A stretch of DNA of 64,000 nucleotides from an uncultured Gemmatimonadales bacterium (GCA_963816355.1 CAWFKH010000003.1:64001-128000); one strand, 5' to 3'; positions 10,587-23,779 are shown, counted from the stretch's first letter. Numbers and translations: made by a program. The notes: generated by a model not told the origin, from the sequence alone.

Positions 10587-11993
10587 ATGGAGCGCTCCCC
10601 GGTCCAGGGATACCCCCAGATGTCGTTCCCGAGCGAACGGGTGAGGACCGGCGAAGCTCCGCCCGTGCCCACCCTGCCGTCGACCTGGGAGGCGACCGCC
10701 CTCCTCCACCCGTACGGCCCGCCGCCGAGCGACGGATCGGGCGGCGATGTCCCCTTCTACCAGATGTGCGTCGCGAAGATCGGCTACAAGGAGGGCGTGG
10801 TATTGTCCGCGCAGCTCACCGGCGTCGACTCGGGCGGGACGTGGTGGTACAAGGTCACGCCGCAGGGCACCACGGTGTCGACCGACCAGGGCAAGACGTG
10901 GAGCACGATCGACATCGGCTGGACGCTGCCGACGACGAGCTGGTTCTCGAGCGCGGCCGGCGCCACGTGGTTCGCGTCCGCGCCGATCAACTGGATGTCG
11001 AATCAGAGCTACGACTGGTGGAAGCAGCCGGTCCCCAACTCGAACGCGACCACCTGGATGTGGGCGGGAAGCAACGGCCTGCCCTTCCGCCTCATGTTCG
11101 GCGCGCCGCCGCCCACGCCGACGACGGGCGACCCCGCCCAGCTCGCCCTCTTCCAGAACTTCTCCTTCACCTATTTCCCGGCCTTTCAGGCGGTGTCGTC
11201 GCCAAACGTCGAGCAGTGGACGCCGCCGCAAATCCCCGGCTTCCAGTTCGGCAACCCCGAGGGATACGAGCTGGTCGTGTGGCGGCCGAGCTTCGGCATG
11301 ACCACGCTGATGACGCCGGTCGATTCGAAGAGCTTCCCGCTGCCGACCATCGTCATGTACCAGTGGAAGCCGGACGCGGATTACCGCCTCCTCACCGACC
11401 GGGCGCAGGCGACCTTCATGTACTACGTCTACAATCCCGGCTCCGGCATCGATTCGCAGGAGGCCGACCTCTTCGGCGCCGCGCCCGCCGGCGTCAACCC
11501 GCCGCCGAACTCCGGGAACGGCTTCCTGATCACGGGAAAGACGGATGGCACGCAGACGTGCGAGTCGATGGGGCTCGGCGAGGAGCCGCCGAACTGGGCG
11601 GGGATCCCGGCCGTGCAGGGGACGATCCACGCCACCGTCACGAACAATCCTGCGCTCTGCCCGGGCGAGGTCGTGACGATCATCTCCGTGCTCTTCCCAC
11701 CCACCCCCGAGTATCCGGACGGACGCTTCCTGTGGACGTGGTACAGCCCGTTCCCGGGCTCGAACGGCACCCACAGCCGGCCGGTCACCTTCATGGAATC
11801 CGCGTCCAGCATCGCGGAGGGCGGGACGAGCCTCGCGCTCGCCGACTACTTCACCTACGCGGAGTTCGACACACCGATCGACCCCGGGATCTTCACCCTG
11901 CCGTCGGAGTGCAGCGGTGCCGGAAAGGCGGCCGCGAAGCGGCACCTGCTCGTGGCCCGCCACGCGGCGCACCCCTCGCCCCGCAGCCTGTAG
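10587..11993 (+). CDS. Hypothetical 468-aa Trp/Pro/Thr-rich protein (possible tandem ependymin/LolA-like domains)
   Basis: SD GAGG, typical GC3 codon bias, compositionally complex sequence; C-terminal FDTPIDPGIFTLPSEC. Confidence 0.75.
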   Translation: MERSPVQGYPQMSFPSERVRTGEAPPVPTLPSTWEATALLHPYGPPPSDGSGGDVPFYQMCVAKIGYKEGVVLSAQLTGVDSGGTWWYKVTPQGTTVSTDQGKTWSTIDIGWTLPTTSWFSSAAGATWFASAPINWMSNQSYDWWKQPVPNSNATTWMWAGSNGLPFRLMFGAPPPTPTTGDPAQLALFQNFSFTYFPAFQAVSSPNVEQWTPPQIPGFQFGNPEGYELVVWRPSFGMTTLMTPVDSKSFPLPTIVMYQWKPDADYRLLTDRAQATFMYYVYNPGSGIDSQEADLFGAAPAGVNPPPNSGNGFLITGKTDGTQTCESMGLGEEPPNWAGIPAVQGTIHATVTNNPALCPGEVVTIISVLFPPTPEYPDGRFLWTWYSPFPGSNGTHSRPVTFMESASSIAEGGTSLALADYFTYAEFDTPIDPGIFTLPSECSGAGKAAAKRHLLVARHAAHPSPRSL

Positions 11994-12001
11994 GGAGGGC
12001 G

Positions 12002-12053
12002 CCCGTCGCGGCGCGCCGGCGCCATGCCGTCGCGGCGCGCCGGCGCCATGCCG
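12002..12053. repeat. 24-bp tandem duplication
   Basis: CCGTCGCGGCGCGCCGGCGCCATG occurs twice in tandem just after the 11993 stop. Confidence 0.8.
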
Positions 12054-12070
12054 CCGCCGTGCAGTGAAGA

Positions 12071-12107
12071 CGAAGCGCCCGCCCCCGTAGCAGGGGCGGG
12101 CGCTTCG
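12071..12107. terminator. Perfect 15-bp hairpin between convergent genes
   Basis: CGAAGCGCCCGCCCC-cgtagca-GGGGCGGGCGCTTCG; on the minus strand followed by TCTTC. Confidence 0.75.
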
Positions 12108-12179
12108 GACGGCTCGGAGGCGGGCGCCGCTCGTTCGCGTGCGCCCGGCCGCCCGGCCGGGACCGTGGCCCGCGAGACG

Positions 12180-12551
12180 TCAGCGGCTGCTGGCCGCCTT
12201 CTCGACGCGGTCGACGACCTTGTCGATTCCCGCGATCAACTTCACCACGTCACCCTTCCCCTCGGCGCCCGCCAGATCCTGCGCGAACTGCAGCAGCACG
12301 CCGCGGATGGCGTCCCGGTTCGCGCCGCGGGCGCGGCGTCGGCGCGGACCACCGGCGCGGCCCCGGCGGGGTGGCGACATGCGCCGCTTGACCTGCAGCG
12401 GATAGCGCGCGTTGAACTGCCGTGGGCTCAGCTTCTCGATCGACTTGTCGACCTTGGTCGCCTTCTGAAAGAGGTCGCTCGTCGCGACACTCGGGTTCTT
12501 CTTGATCTCGTCCTCCACCATCTTCATGACCTTCTCGTTCACGTCGGCCAT
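12180..12551 (-). CDS. Small basic hypothetical protein (123 aa)
   Basis: SD GGAGG before ATG 12551; MADVNEKVMKMVEDEIKKNP...RQFNARYPLQVKRR; Lys/Arg-rich. Confidence 0.8.
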   Translation of the reverse strand: MADVNEKVMKMVEDEIKKNPSVATSDLFQKATKVDKSIEKLSPRQFNARYPLQVKRRMSPPRRGRAGGPRRRRARGANRDAIRGVLLQFAQDLAGAEGKGDVVKLIAGIDKVVDRVEKAASSR

Positions 12552-12865
12552 GCATCGCCTCCATGCGGGAACGGGTACGCAAATTGTCGAGTGTGGCTGC
12601 AATTAGCGGCTTCGCGCCTCCAATGTCAAGGAATATGACGAAGGAGCGCCCGCGGCATCGCTGGAGCAGCCGCGCGGCGTCCCTGAGAAGCTGCGCGGCG
12701 CCTCGCGAAAAGGCACGCGGCCGGCTTCGCGGGCGAGGATCGCCGCGCGACGGGTCGCGCACGCGCCCTCTCCGGTGGTTTGCCGGCGACGACCTCGCCC
12801 CTATATTGTCGCGCGCCCGGGGCCGGTGGCGCGGGCGCGAGAGACACGGGAGCCGACGGAGCTCA

Positions 12866-13150
12866 ATGGAGAGACGGATGCAGGCAAGGGCTGGCGCCCT
12901 CGCGGTCGCGCTGCTGCTCGCGCTCGGCGCGGGCGCGTGCAACGCGACCACGGACCATCGCGGGCCGTTCAAGGCGCCGCTCGAGCGGATGAACCTCGTC
13001 GTCACGCCGGAGGCGACGTCGGCGATGAGCCGCCTCGGCGAGCCGGTGCGGACGCCGCGTCTCACCCCCGACGGCGACGTCGCCCCGCCGGACCTCCAGG
13101 TCCCCCGCAGCGACAGCGCGCGCCAGGTCGTCGTCGACACGGCGAAGTAG
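12866..13150 (+). CDS. Putative small lipoprotein
   Basis: Hydrophobic stretch ALAVALLLALGAGA followed by Cys; start 12866 or 12878. Confidence 0.6.
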   Translation: MERRMQARAGALAVALLLALGAGACNATTDHRGPFKAPLERMNLVVTPEATSAMSRLGEPVRTPRLTPDGDVAPPDLQVPRSDSARQVVVDTAK

Positions 13151-13186
13151 GGCCCGCCTTCGAGCGGGAGCGCCGCACGGCCACCG

Positions 13187-13471
13187 TCATTGCAGCGGCG
13201 GCCGCGGCCGGTTCGCGCGCTGGAAGAGCTCGATGCGGTCCTTCTCGGCCAGTTCCTGCGCCCGCTCCAGCGCGATGCCCGGCGGCACGTGCCACTCGAC
13301 GCCGGTCACGACGCCCTCCGGCGCGGAGAGGGGGCCTTCGCGGCGGAAAACGAGCGCGTTGTGCCAGGTGCCGTCCTCGTCCGGCTCGGAGCGGACCCAG
13401 ACCGCGTGGCGCTGACCCTCGACGATGATCGTCCCGAGGTGTTCCTCGATGCGGTGACCGTCGCTTCTCAT
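13187..13471 (-). CDS. Hypothetical protein (94 aa)
   Basis: SD GGAG, globular-looking sequence with normal codon bias. Confidence 0.7.
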   Translation of the reverse strand: MRSDGHRIEEHLGTIIVEGQRHAVWVRSEPDEDGTWHNALVFRREGPLSAPEGVVTGVEWHVPPGIALERAQELAEKDRIELFQRANRPRPPLQ

Positions 13472-13494
13472 GAGCGTCTCTCCGGAGGGTAGGA

Positions 13495-14886
13495 GTGCGC
13501 ACCATCATCGAGCCGTTCAAGATCAAGGTCGTCGAGCCGATCCGGATGACGACCCGGGACGAGCGGCGCCACCATCTCGACGACGCCGGCTACAACGTCT
13601 TCCGGCTGCACGCCGAGGACGTGCTCATCGACCTGCTCACCGACAGCGGGACGGCGGCGATGAGCGCGGAACAGTGGGGCGGCATGATGCGGGGCGACGA
13701 GGCGTACGCCGGCAGTCGCTCCTTCTATCGCTTCGAGGCCGCCGTCCGCGACCTGTTCGGCTTCGAGCACGTGATCCCGACCCATCAGGGCCGGGCCGCC
13801 GAGCGGATCCTCTTCAGCACCATGTGCCGGCCGGGCGACGTGGTGCCGAACAACACCCATTTCGACACCACGCGCGCGAACATCGAAGCGGTCGGGGCGC
13901 GCGCCATCGACCTGCCGACGCCGTCGGCCCGGCGGCTGCAAGAGCCGCACCCGTTCAAGGGCGACCTCGACGTCGCCGCGCTCGCCGCGCTGATCGAGGA
14001 GCACGGCAAGGCGCGCATCCCGCTCTGCATGATCACCCTCACCAACAACTCCGGCGGCGGCCAGCCGGTTTCCGTCGGCAACCTGCGCGAGGTGTCCGCG
14101 CTCTGCCGCAGCCACGGCATCCCGCTCTACATCGACGCGTGCCGCTTCGCCGAGAACGCATACCTCGTCAAGCTGCGCGAGCCGGGCTACGCCGGCCGCG
14201 ACGTCGCCGACATCGTGCGCGAGATCTTCTCCCACGCCGACGGCTGCACCTTCTCCGCGAAGAAGGACGGCATCGCCAACATCGGCGGCCTGCTCGCCAC
14301 CAACGACGGCCGCCTCGCCCAGCAGGAGCGGGACCTGCTCATCCTCACGGAGGGCTTCCCGACCTATGGCGGGATGGCGGGGCGCGATCTCGAGGCGATC
14401 GCGATCGGCCTCCGCGAGGTCGTGCAGGAGGACTACCTCGCCTACCGGATCGCCTCCGTGCGCTACCTCGGCGAACACGTCGCCGCGGAAGGCGTGCCGA
14501 TCGTGCAGCCGCCGGGCGGGCACGCCATCTACATCGACGCCGCCGCCTTCCTTCCCCACGTCGAGCCGCTCCGCCTCCCCGGCCAGTCCGTCGTCGCGGA
14601 GCTGTACCTCGAGGGCGGAGTGCGCGCCGTCGAGATCGGCACGGTCATGTTCGGCCGCCACGACCCGGAGAGCGGAGTGACGACGACCGCGCCGACCGAA
14701 CTCGTGCGCCTCGCGATCCCCCGCCGCGTCTACACGCAGAGCCACATCGACTACGTCGTCGAGGTCGTGCTCGACGTGTGGCGCAGGCGCGAGCGGATCG
14801 GTGGCTTCCGCTTCACCCACCAGGCCCCGGTGCTGCGGCACTTCACCGCCACCTTCGCGCCCGACTACGACTTCGGCGCCCCATGA
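13495..14886 (+). CDS. tnaA: Tryptophanase (PLP beta-eliminating lyase)
   Basis: EPFKIKVVEPI, IDLLTDSGT, HQGRAAE, SAKKD PLP lysine; FDTT and LRHFTA are the tryptophanase-type residues (tyrosine phenol-lyase has FTTT / LRFFTA). Confidence 0.88.
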   Translation: MRTIIEPFKIKVVEPIRMTTRDERRHHLDDAGYNVFRLHAEDVLIDLLTDSGTAAMSAEQWGGMMRGDEAYAGSRSFYRFEAAVRDLFGFEHVIPTHQGRAAERILFSTMCRPGDVVPNNTHFDTTRANIEAVGARAIDLPTPSARRLQEPHPFKGDLDVAALAALIEEHGKARIPLCMITLTNNSGGGQPVSVGNLREVSALCRSHGIPLYIDACRFAENAYLVKLREPGYAGRDVADIVREIFSHADGCTFSAKKDGIANIGGLLATNDGRLAQQERDLLILTEGFPTYGGMAGRDLEAIAIGLREVVQEDYLAYRIASVRYLGEHVAAEGVPIVQPPGGHAIYIDAAAFLPHVEPLRLPGQSVVAELYLEGGVRAVEIGTVMFGRHDPESGVTTTAPTELVRLAIPRRVYTQSHIDYVVEVVLDVWRRRERIGGFRFTHQAPVLRHFTATFAPDYDFGAP

Positions 14887-15344
14887 CGAAGCGCGAACGC
14901 CACGCGGCCATCCTCGACCTGGTCGGCGACCACCGCATCTCGAGTCAGGAAGCGCTCCGCGAGCTGCTCGCCGGGCGCGGCTTCGACGTCACGCAGGCGA
15001 CGCTCTCGCGCGACATCCGCGAGCTCCGCCTCGTCAAGGTGCCGGACGCAAGCGGCCACCCGTTCTACGAGCTGCCCCCCGAGTCGTGGGACCAGACGCC
15101 GCCGCTGCAGAAGCTGCTGCCCGCCCTCTATGTCGGCGCCGAAGGCGCCGGCAATCTCCTCGTCGTCAAGACGCTGACGGGCGGCGCCCAGCCGATCGCC
15201 GTCGCCGTCGACTGGGAGGAGTGGCCGGAGGTCCTCGGCACCATCGCCGGCGACGACACGATCCTCGTGATCCTGCGCAACGCCGCCTCCCTCGATGCGG
15301 TGCAGGAGCGTCTGGAGCGCATCGCCGGCGCGGAAGAGAAGTAG
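14883..15344 (+). CDS. argR: Arginine repressor
   Basis: VTQATLSRDIREL winged HTH, GTIAGDDT arginine-binding motif; ATGA overlap with tnaA. Confidence 0.95.
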   Translation: MTKRERHAAILDLVGDHRISSQEALRELLAGRGFDVTQATLSRDIRELRLVKVPDASGHPFYELPPESWDQTPPLQKLLPALYVGAEGAGNLLVVKTLTGGAQPIAVAVDWEEWPEVLGTIAGDDTILVILRNAASLDAVQERLERIAGAEEK

Positions 15345-15395
15345 GGCCGAAGATTCAGGCTGCCTGGAGTCTCCACCAGAGCGGGGGTCGCCATC

Positions 15396-15797
15396 GTGAA
15401 AATGCGGGCGCGCGGGACGTTCGAGGTGGACGTGAAGCCGCTGGACGCGTACGCCGCTGCGAAGAGCGAGATGCTCGGCCGGAGTTCCATCGACAAGCGC
15501 TTCGCGGGAGATCTCGAGGCGACGAGTCGCGGCGAGATGCTGAGCGCCGGGACCGACGTCGCGGGCTCCGCCGGCTACGTGGCGATCGAGCGGGTCGAGG
15601 GATCGCTCGCAGGCCGCCTCGGCGCCTTCATCCTTCAGCACAGCGGGATACTCACACGCGGCGAGCCGAGTCTCTCGATCACGGTCGTTCCTGATTCCGG
15701 CACCGGCGACCTGGCGGGCCTTTCAGGGACCATGTCGGTCGAGATCGCGGACGGGCGGCACGGTTATACGTTCGAGTATGAGTTGCCGGAGAGGTGA
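15396..15797 (+). CDS. DUF3224 family protein
   Basis: ARGTFEV, KRFAGDLEATS, SAGYVAIE, VVPDSGTGDLAGL. Confidence 0.85.
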   Translation: MKMRARGTFEVDVKPLDAYAAAKSEMLGRSSIDKRFAGDLEATSRGEMLSAGTDVAGSAGYVAIERVEGSLAGRLGAFILQHSGILTRGEPSLSITVVPDSGTGDLAGLSGTMSVEIADGRHGYTFEYELPER

Positions 15798-15803
15798 GGG
15801 GTG

Positions 15804-15905
15804 GGGATTGGACTGGGGATTGGACTGGGGATTGGACTGCGGGATTGGACTGCGGGATTGGACTGCGGGATTGGACTGCGGGATTGGACTGCGGGATTGG
15901 ACTGC
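15804..15905 (+). repeat. Tandem repeat GGGATTGGACTG(C), 8 copies
   Basis: Two 12-bp units then six 13-bp units, no spacers. Confidence 0.97.
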
Positions 15906-17082
15906 GGGCGGGCGGAGGCGGTCTTGTGATCGCAGCAGCCCCGGATAGAATACACCGTCACGCGTCGGCATGCTTACTTGCAGAAGGCCGGCCGCGAGCG
16001 GGGCGACATCTTCGATCCGCATGATCGGCGCGGTCGCGCCCCGGTGGACGCCGGCCCCCGACAGCAGCAGCGCCGTGTGCATCCCCGCCTCGTCCGGAAG
16101 GTAGCCGTGCGCGGCGCCTTCGGTCGGCGCCAGCAGCGTCGCGGCGGTCGCGTCGTCGTCCAGCTCGATCCCCGGCACTGCGGCGAGCGCGAAGGGCGCC
16201 TCCGGGTCCGCGCCGAGCTCGCCCAGCTCCGGCCTCTCCACCACCCGCAGGAGGCGGCGCACGCCCGGCGCCAGCCCGGTGATCGCCTCCCGCGCGCGCG
16301 CCACCGCCTCGTCGTCCGCCGCCTCACGGAGGCGCAGGAACGCTGACCCGCCGCTGGCGTGGAACGTCGCGCGCCACTCGCCCCGGTCCCGTCTCGCCCC
16401 CATCAGTCCCGCCTCGATCAGGATCCGGTTCACGTTGATTCGCGTGTGCGTGTCCACCGCGCCGTGGTCGCTCGTCACCAGGAACGCCATGCGCTCGCGC
16501 AGCCCGCACCGCTCCGCCACCTCCACCAGCATGCCGATCGCCCGGTCCGCCGCGCCGACCGCGCGCCGCGTCAGAGGGTTCGTGCGGCCGTGCAGGTGCG
16601 CGATGTGGTCCGTCCCGATCAGGTGCAGCATCAGCAGCGTCGGCCGGTACCGCTCCAGCAGCCACGCCGCGATCGCGCCCGCCTCGTCCTCGCGTCTCAG
16701 ATGGCTCGGCGTAAAGTTCACCCGCCGCAGCCGCCCCGTCGCCTCCCGCTCGATCTCCTCGAACAGCCCCACCGGCCGTGTGGCTCGCCGGATCGTCTCC
16801 ACCGGATCCGCAACCTCGTCGAGCGGCCACAGTCGGCACGTTCCACTCGACGTCCGCTCCCACGCTCACGGGCCACGCCACCAGCGCCACCGTTCCGCCC
16901 GCCGCCCTCACCCGCTGCCACAGCGTCGGCACCCGGATCGACGACGCCTCCCAGTACCGCCGCTCGCTCTGGCCCGCCGCGTCGAACGGCCGGTTGTGCA
17001 CGACGCCGTGCCGCGCCGGCCGCTCCCCCGTGATCATCGTCGTGTGCCCCGAATACGTCGCGTCGGAAAGACGCTCCGCACC
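15906..17082 (-). pseudogene. Alkaline-phosphatase-superfamily nucleotide pyrophosphatase/phosphodiesterase, 5'-truncated and frameshifted
   Basis: [18 protein letters not shown] (frameshift near 17060), second shift near 16830, then TDHIAH, TSDHG, HGY motifs; N-terminal ISIDG-type strand absent; no stop before the repeat. Confidence 0.75.
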
Positions 17083-17184
17083 TCCCGCCCCCGCACCATC
17101 CGGGCCCGAAACCCCCCAGACCCCATACCCCAGAGGCCGTTCCCGCAGACCACCTCCGCAGACCCCAGACCTGCCTGCAGGGCA

Positions 17185-17238
17185 TTGACTCCGCCCTCAC
17201 GATGCATAACTATTCGTCCTCGCGCAGCCGTTTATCCA
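17185..17238 (+). promoter_or_regulatory. Putative sigma70 promoter overlapped by ARG box upstream of argG
   Basis: TTGACT at 17185; TGCATAACTATTCG at 17203-17216 resembles TGMATAwwwATKCA; weaker half-site TTTATCCA at 17231-17238. Confidence 0.7.
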
Positions 17239-17256
17239 AGAATCGGAGACCATTCG

Positions 17257-18729
17257 ATGCGACCCTACACCGTCGTGCTCGCCTACTCCGGCGGGCTGGA
17301 CACGTCGATCATCGTGCCGTGGCTGCGGGAGAACTACGGCGCGGATGTCGTCTGCATGGCGGCGGACGTGGGGCAGGCGGAGGAGCTGGCGGGGCTGGAG
17401 GCGAAGGCGCTGCGGCAGGGGGCAGTGGCGTGCGTGGTGGAGGATCTGCGGGAGGCGTTCGTGACGGAGGCGATCTGGCCGACGTTGCGAGCGGGTGCGG
17501 TGTATTCGCGGACGTACCTGCTGGGGACGTCGATGGCGCGGCCGATCATCGCGCGGGCGCAGGCGGAATATGCGGTGAAGATCGGGGCGCAGGCGGTGGC
17601 GCACGGGTGCACGGGGAAGGGGAACGACCAGGTGCGCTTCGAGCTGAGCTACGCGGCGTTCGCGCCCGGTCTGGAGGTGATCGCGCCGTGGCGGGAGTGG
17701 GACGTGCGGTCGCGGGAGCAGGCGATCGACTATGCAGCGGCGCGGGGGATCGAGGTGACGGCGACGAAGGAGAAGATCTTCTCGCGGGACCGCAACCTGT
17801 GGCACGTGTCGCACGAGGGGGGGCCTCTGGAGGACCCGTGGTTCGAGCCGGCGGCGGATCTTTTCCTGCTGACCGCGTCGCCGGAGGATGCGCCGGCGAA
17901 GGCGGAGTACGTGGAGATCGGGTTCGAGGCAGGCTATCCGGTGAGCGTGGACGGGGAAGCACTCGGGCCGGTGCGACTGTTGGAGGTGCTGAACGGGGTG
18001 GCGGGGCGGCACGGGGTGGGCCGGGCGGACGTCGTCGAGGACCGGCTCGTCGGCATGAAGTCGCGCGGCATATACGAGACGCCCGGCGGCACGTTGCTCT
18101 ACACGGCGCACCGGGAGCTGGAGCAGATGGTGCTGGACCGCCGCACGCTGGCGTTGAAGGACCAGCTCGCGGCGCGTTACGCGGACCTCGTCTACGAGGG
18201 CCGCTGGTGGTCGACGGAGCGTGAGGCGCTGGACGCGCTCGTCGATCGGACGCAGGATCGGGTGAGCGGCGTCGTGCGGTTAAAGCTGTACAGGGGCTCG
18301 GCGGCGGTCGTGGGGCGGAAGGCGGAGGCGTCGTTGTACGACCAGGCGCTCGCGTCCTTCGACAGCGCGTCGAGCTACGACCACGCGGACGCGGCGGGAT
18401 TCATCCGCCTCTTCGCGTTGCCGACGCGGGTGGAGGCGCGGCGGCGCGGTGCGGCGGGCTTCGGCGGAGGCTGGCGGCCGGTGCCACCCGGTGTCCCGGC
18501 CCCTTCGCCGAACGGCACGGCGCCGGCGCCGGGCGTGGCTGCGCGGGCGACGAACGGCGCGGCGGGGTCGGCGGCCGGGGGCGTGACGAGCGGCGCCGCG
18601 CCGACGTCGGCGCGCGTGAGTCCGACGCGCAGCGTATGGACGCGGGCCCACGGGTACGGCGGCGCGTCGGGCGCGGCGGCGGCGGAGCTGGACGTGTCGC
18701 GGCGGTCCGGCTCGGCGACGAACGGCTAG
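17257..18729 (+). CDS. argG: Argininosuccinate synthase
   Basis: [41 protein letters not shown]. Confidence 0.97.
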   Translation: MRPYTVVLAYSGGLDTSIIVPWLRENYGADVVCMAADVGQAEELAGLEAKALRQGAVACVVEDLREAFVTEAIWPTLRAGAVYSRTYLLGTSMARPIIARAQAEYAVKIGAQAVAHGCTGKGNDQVRFELSYAAFAPGLEVIAPWREWDVRSREQAIDYAAARGIEVTATKEKIFSRDRNLWHVSHEGGPLEDPWFEPAADLFLLTASPEDAPAKAEYVEIGFEAGYPVSVDGEALGPVRLLEVLNGVAGRHGVGRADVVEDRLVGMKSRGIYETPGGTLLYTAHRELEQMVLDRRTLALKDQLAARYADLVYEGRWWSTEREALDALVDRTQDRVSGVVRLKLYRGSAAVVGRKAEASLYDQALASFDSASSYDHADAAGFIRLFALPTRVEARRRGAAGFGGGWRPVPPGVPAPSPNGTAPAPGVAARATNGAAGSAAGGVTSGAAPTSARVSPTRSVWTRAHGYGGASGAAAAELDVSRRSGSATNG

Positions 18730-18743
18730 GGCGGGCGGGGCGG

Positions 18744-20144
18744 GTGGCGGACGCGAGTGGACCGTTCCGGCTCTACGCGGGGCGCTACGCGGAAGGGCCG
18801 GCGGCGTCGCTGGACGCGCTGAACCGCAGCCTGCCGGTGGACGTTCGGCTGTGGCAGGAGGATGTGGAGGCGAGCCGTGCGTGGGCGCGGGCGCTGGCGC
18901 GGGCCGGCGTGATCGACGCCGCGGACGCGCTCGGCCTGGATACGGGGCTGGTCCGCGTCGCCGCGCGGCTGCAGGCGGGCGAAGCGGCGAGCGCGCCGGA
19001 CGAGGACATCCATACGCTGGTCGAGCGGCTGCTTTACGAGGAGGTCGGCGAGGTGGCGGGGCGGCTGCACACGGGCCGCTCGCGCAACGACCAGGTGGCG
19101 ACGGACGCGCGCTTGTGGGCGATGCGCGCCGCGGAGCGCGCGGGCGCCGCTGTCGCCTCGCTGCAGCGCTCGCTTCTCGCGCAGGCGGAATCCACGGTCG
19201 AGCTCCTGATGCCTGCCTACACGCACGTCCGGCGGGCGCAGCCGGTGCGGGTCGCGCACTGGCTGCTGGCGCACTTCTGGGCGCTGGAACGGGACCGCGC
19301 GCGGCTGGGCGACGCGCTCGAGCGGGTCGCGACGCTGCCGCTCGGCTCCGGCGCGATCGCCGGCTCCGGCTTCGAAGTGGATCGCGCGCGCATCGCCGCC
19401 GAGCTCGGCTTCCGGGGCGTGTCGGAGAACTCGATGGACGCGGTGGGCGACCGCGACTGGGTGGCGGAGCTGGTGTTCGTCGCCGCGTTGCTCGCGGGGC
19501 ACCTGTCGCGCCTGGCGGAGGACCTGATCCTCTTCTCGACGGACGAGTTCGGCTTCGTGCGGCTGCCGGAGGCGTACACGACCGGATCCAGCCTGATGCC
19601 GCAGAAGCGCAACCCGGACGGGCTCGAGCTCGCGCGTGGCAAGGCGGCGCGAGCGGTGGGGGACGTCGCCGCCTCGCTCGCGCTGCTGAAGGGGCTGCCG
19701 ACCGGCTATCAGAAGGACCTGCAGGAGGACAAGACGCTCCTCTTCCGCGCCTTCGACGACCTCGCCGCGTTGCTGCCGGCCACGGCGGCGACGGTCGCCG
19801 GCCTCGAATGGGACGCGGCCGCGCTCGCCCGAGCCGCCGCGGACCCCGCGCTCCTCGCCACCGACCTCGCCGACGAGCTGGTGCGGCGGGGCGTCCCCTT
19901 CCGCGAGGCGCACGGCGTCGTCGCGCGCCTGGTGCGGCAGGCCGATGAGGCGGGCGTGGCGCTGGACGCGTTGCCGGCGGAGTCGTACGTCGCCGCGCAC
20001 GCGGCGCTCGCCGCCGGCCCGCCGCCGCTCGGGGCGGAGGCGTCGGTGGAAGCGCGCCGGCTACCCGGCGGCACCGCCCGCGCGGCGGTCGAGGCGCAGA
20101 TCGCGGACGCCCGCCGTCGCCTGAAGGTGGCGGCGTCGCCCTGA
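18744..20144 (+). CDS. argH: Argininosuccinate lyase
   Basis: EDIH, HTGRSRNDQVATD, GSSLMPQKRNPD; probable GTG start. Confidence 0.95.
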   Translation: MADASGPFRLYAGRYAEGPAASLDALNRSLPVDVRLWQEDVEASRAWARALARAGVIDAADALGLDTGLVRVAARLQAGEAASAPDEDIHTLVERLLYEEVGEVAGRLHTGRSRNDQVATDARLWAMRAAERAGAAVASLQRSLLAQAESTVELLMPAYTHVRRAQPVRVAHWLLAHFWALERDRARLGDALERVATLPLGSGAIAGSGFEVDRARIAAELGFRGVSENSMDAVGDRDWVAELVFVAALLAGHLSRLAEDLILFSTDEFGFVRLPEAYTTGSSLMPQKRNPDGLELARGKAARAVGDVAASLALLKGLPTGYQKDLQEDKTLLFRAFDDLAALLPATAATVAGLEWDAAALARAAADPALLATDLADELVRRGVPFREAHGVVARLVRQADEAGVALDALPAESYVAAHAALAAGPPPLGAEASVEARRLPGGTARAAVEAQIADARRRLKVAASP

Positions 20145-20258
20145 GCGGAGCCCGGTCCGCCTCCGGGCGCCGCGCGGGCGGCCTTGCCGCGCACCGACGT
20201 GCGCCGCACTTTGACCCGCCGCCGGACGTACCGTGATCACCCGCGCGGGATCGAGGAG

Positions 20259-20438
20259 ATGAATGCAGCCGCCATCGCCACCTTCGTCGTGATCGCGGGC
20301 GCCGTGTGGGGTGGCTTCCTCGTGATCCTCTTCGTCGCGGTGCGCAAGGAGCGCGAGAAGTCGCCGCCGGACGGTGGCGCAGTGTCGGCCGGCGCGTCGC
20401 GGCCGGAGACCGGATCCGCGGCGTCGCCGCCGGGCTGA
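20259..20438 (+). CDS. Small single-TM protein, MetS/NSS-transporter small-subunit-like
   Basis: [39 protein letters not shown]. Confidence 0.6.
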   Translation: MNAAAIATFVVIAGAVWGGFLVILFVAVRKEREKSPPDGGAVSAGASRPETGSAASPPG

Positions 20439-20454
20439 CCCACAGGGAGAGCGC

Positions 20455-23766
<3,312 letters not shown>

Positions 23767-23779
23767 AGGGCGCCCGACC

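Noticed and set aside
13495..14886. Tyrosine phenol-lyase
   Set aside because: Specificity residues (FDTT, LRHF) are tryptophanase-type.
15804..15905. CRISPR array (also 59501-59565)
   Set aside because: Units are 12-13 bp, contiguous, without unique spacers; no cas genes in the window.
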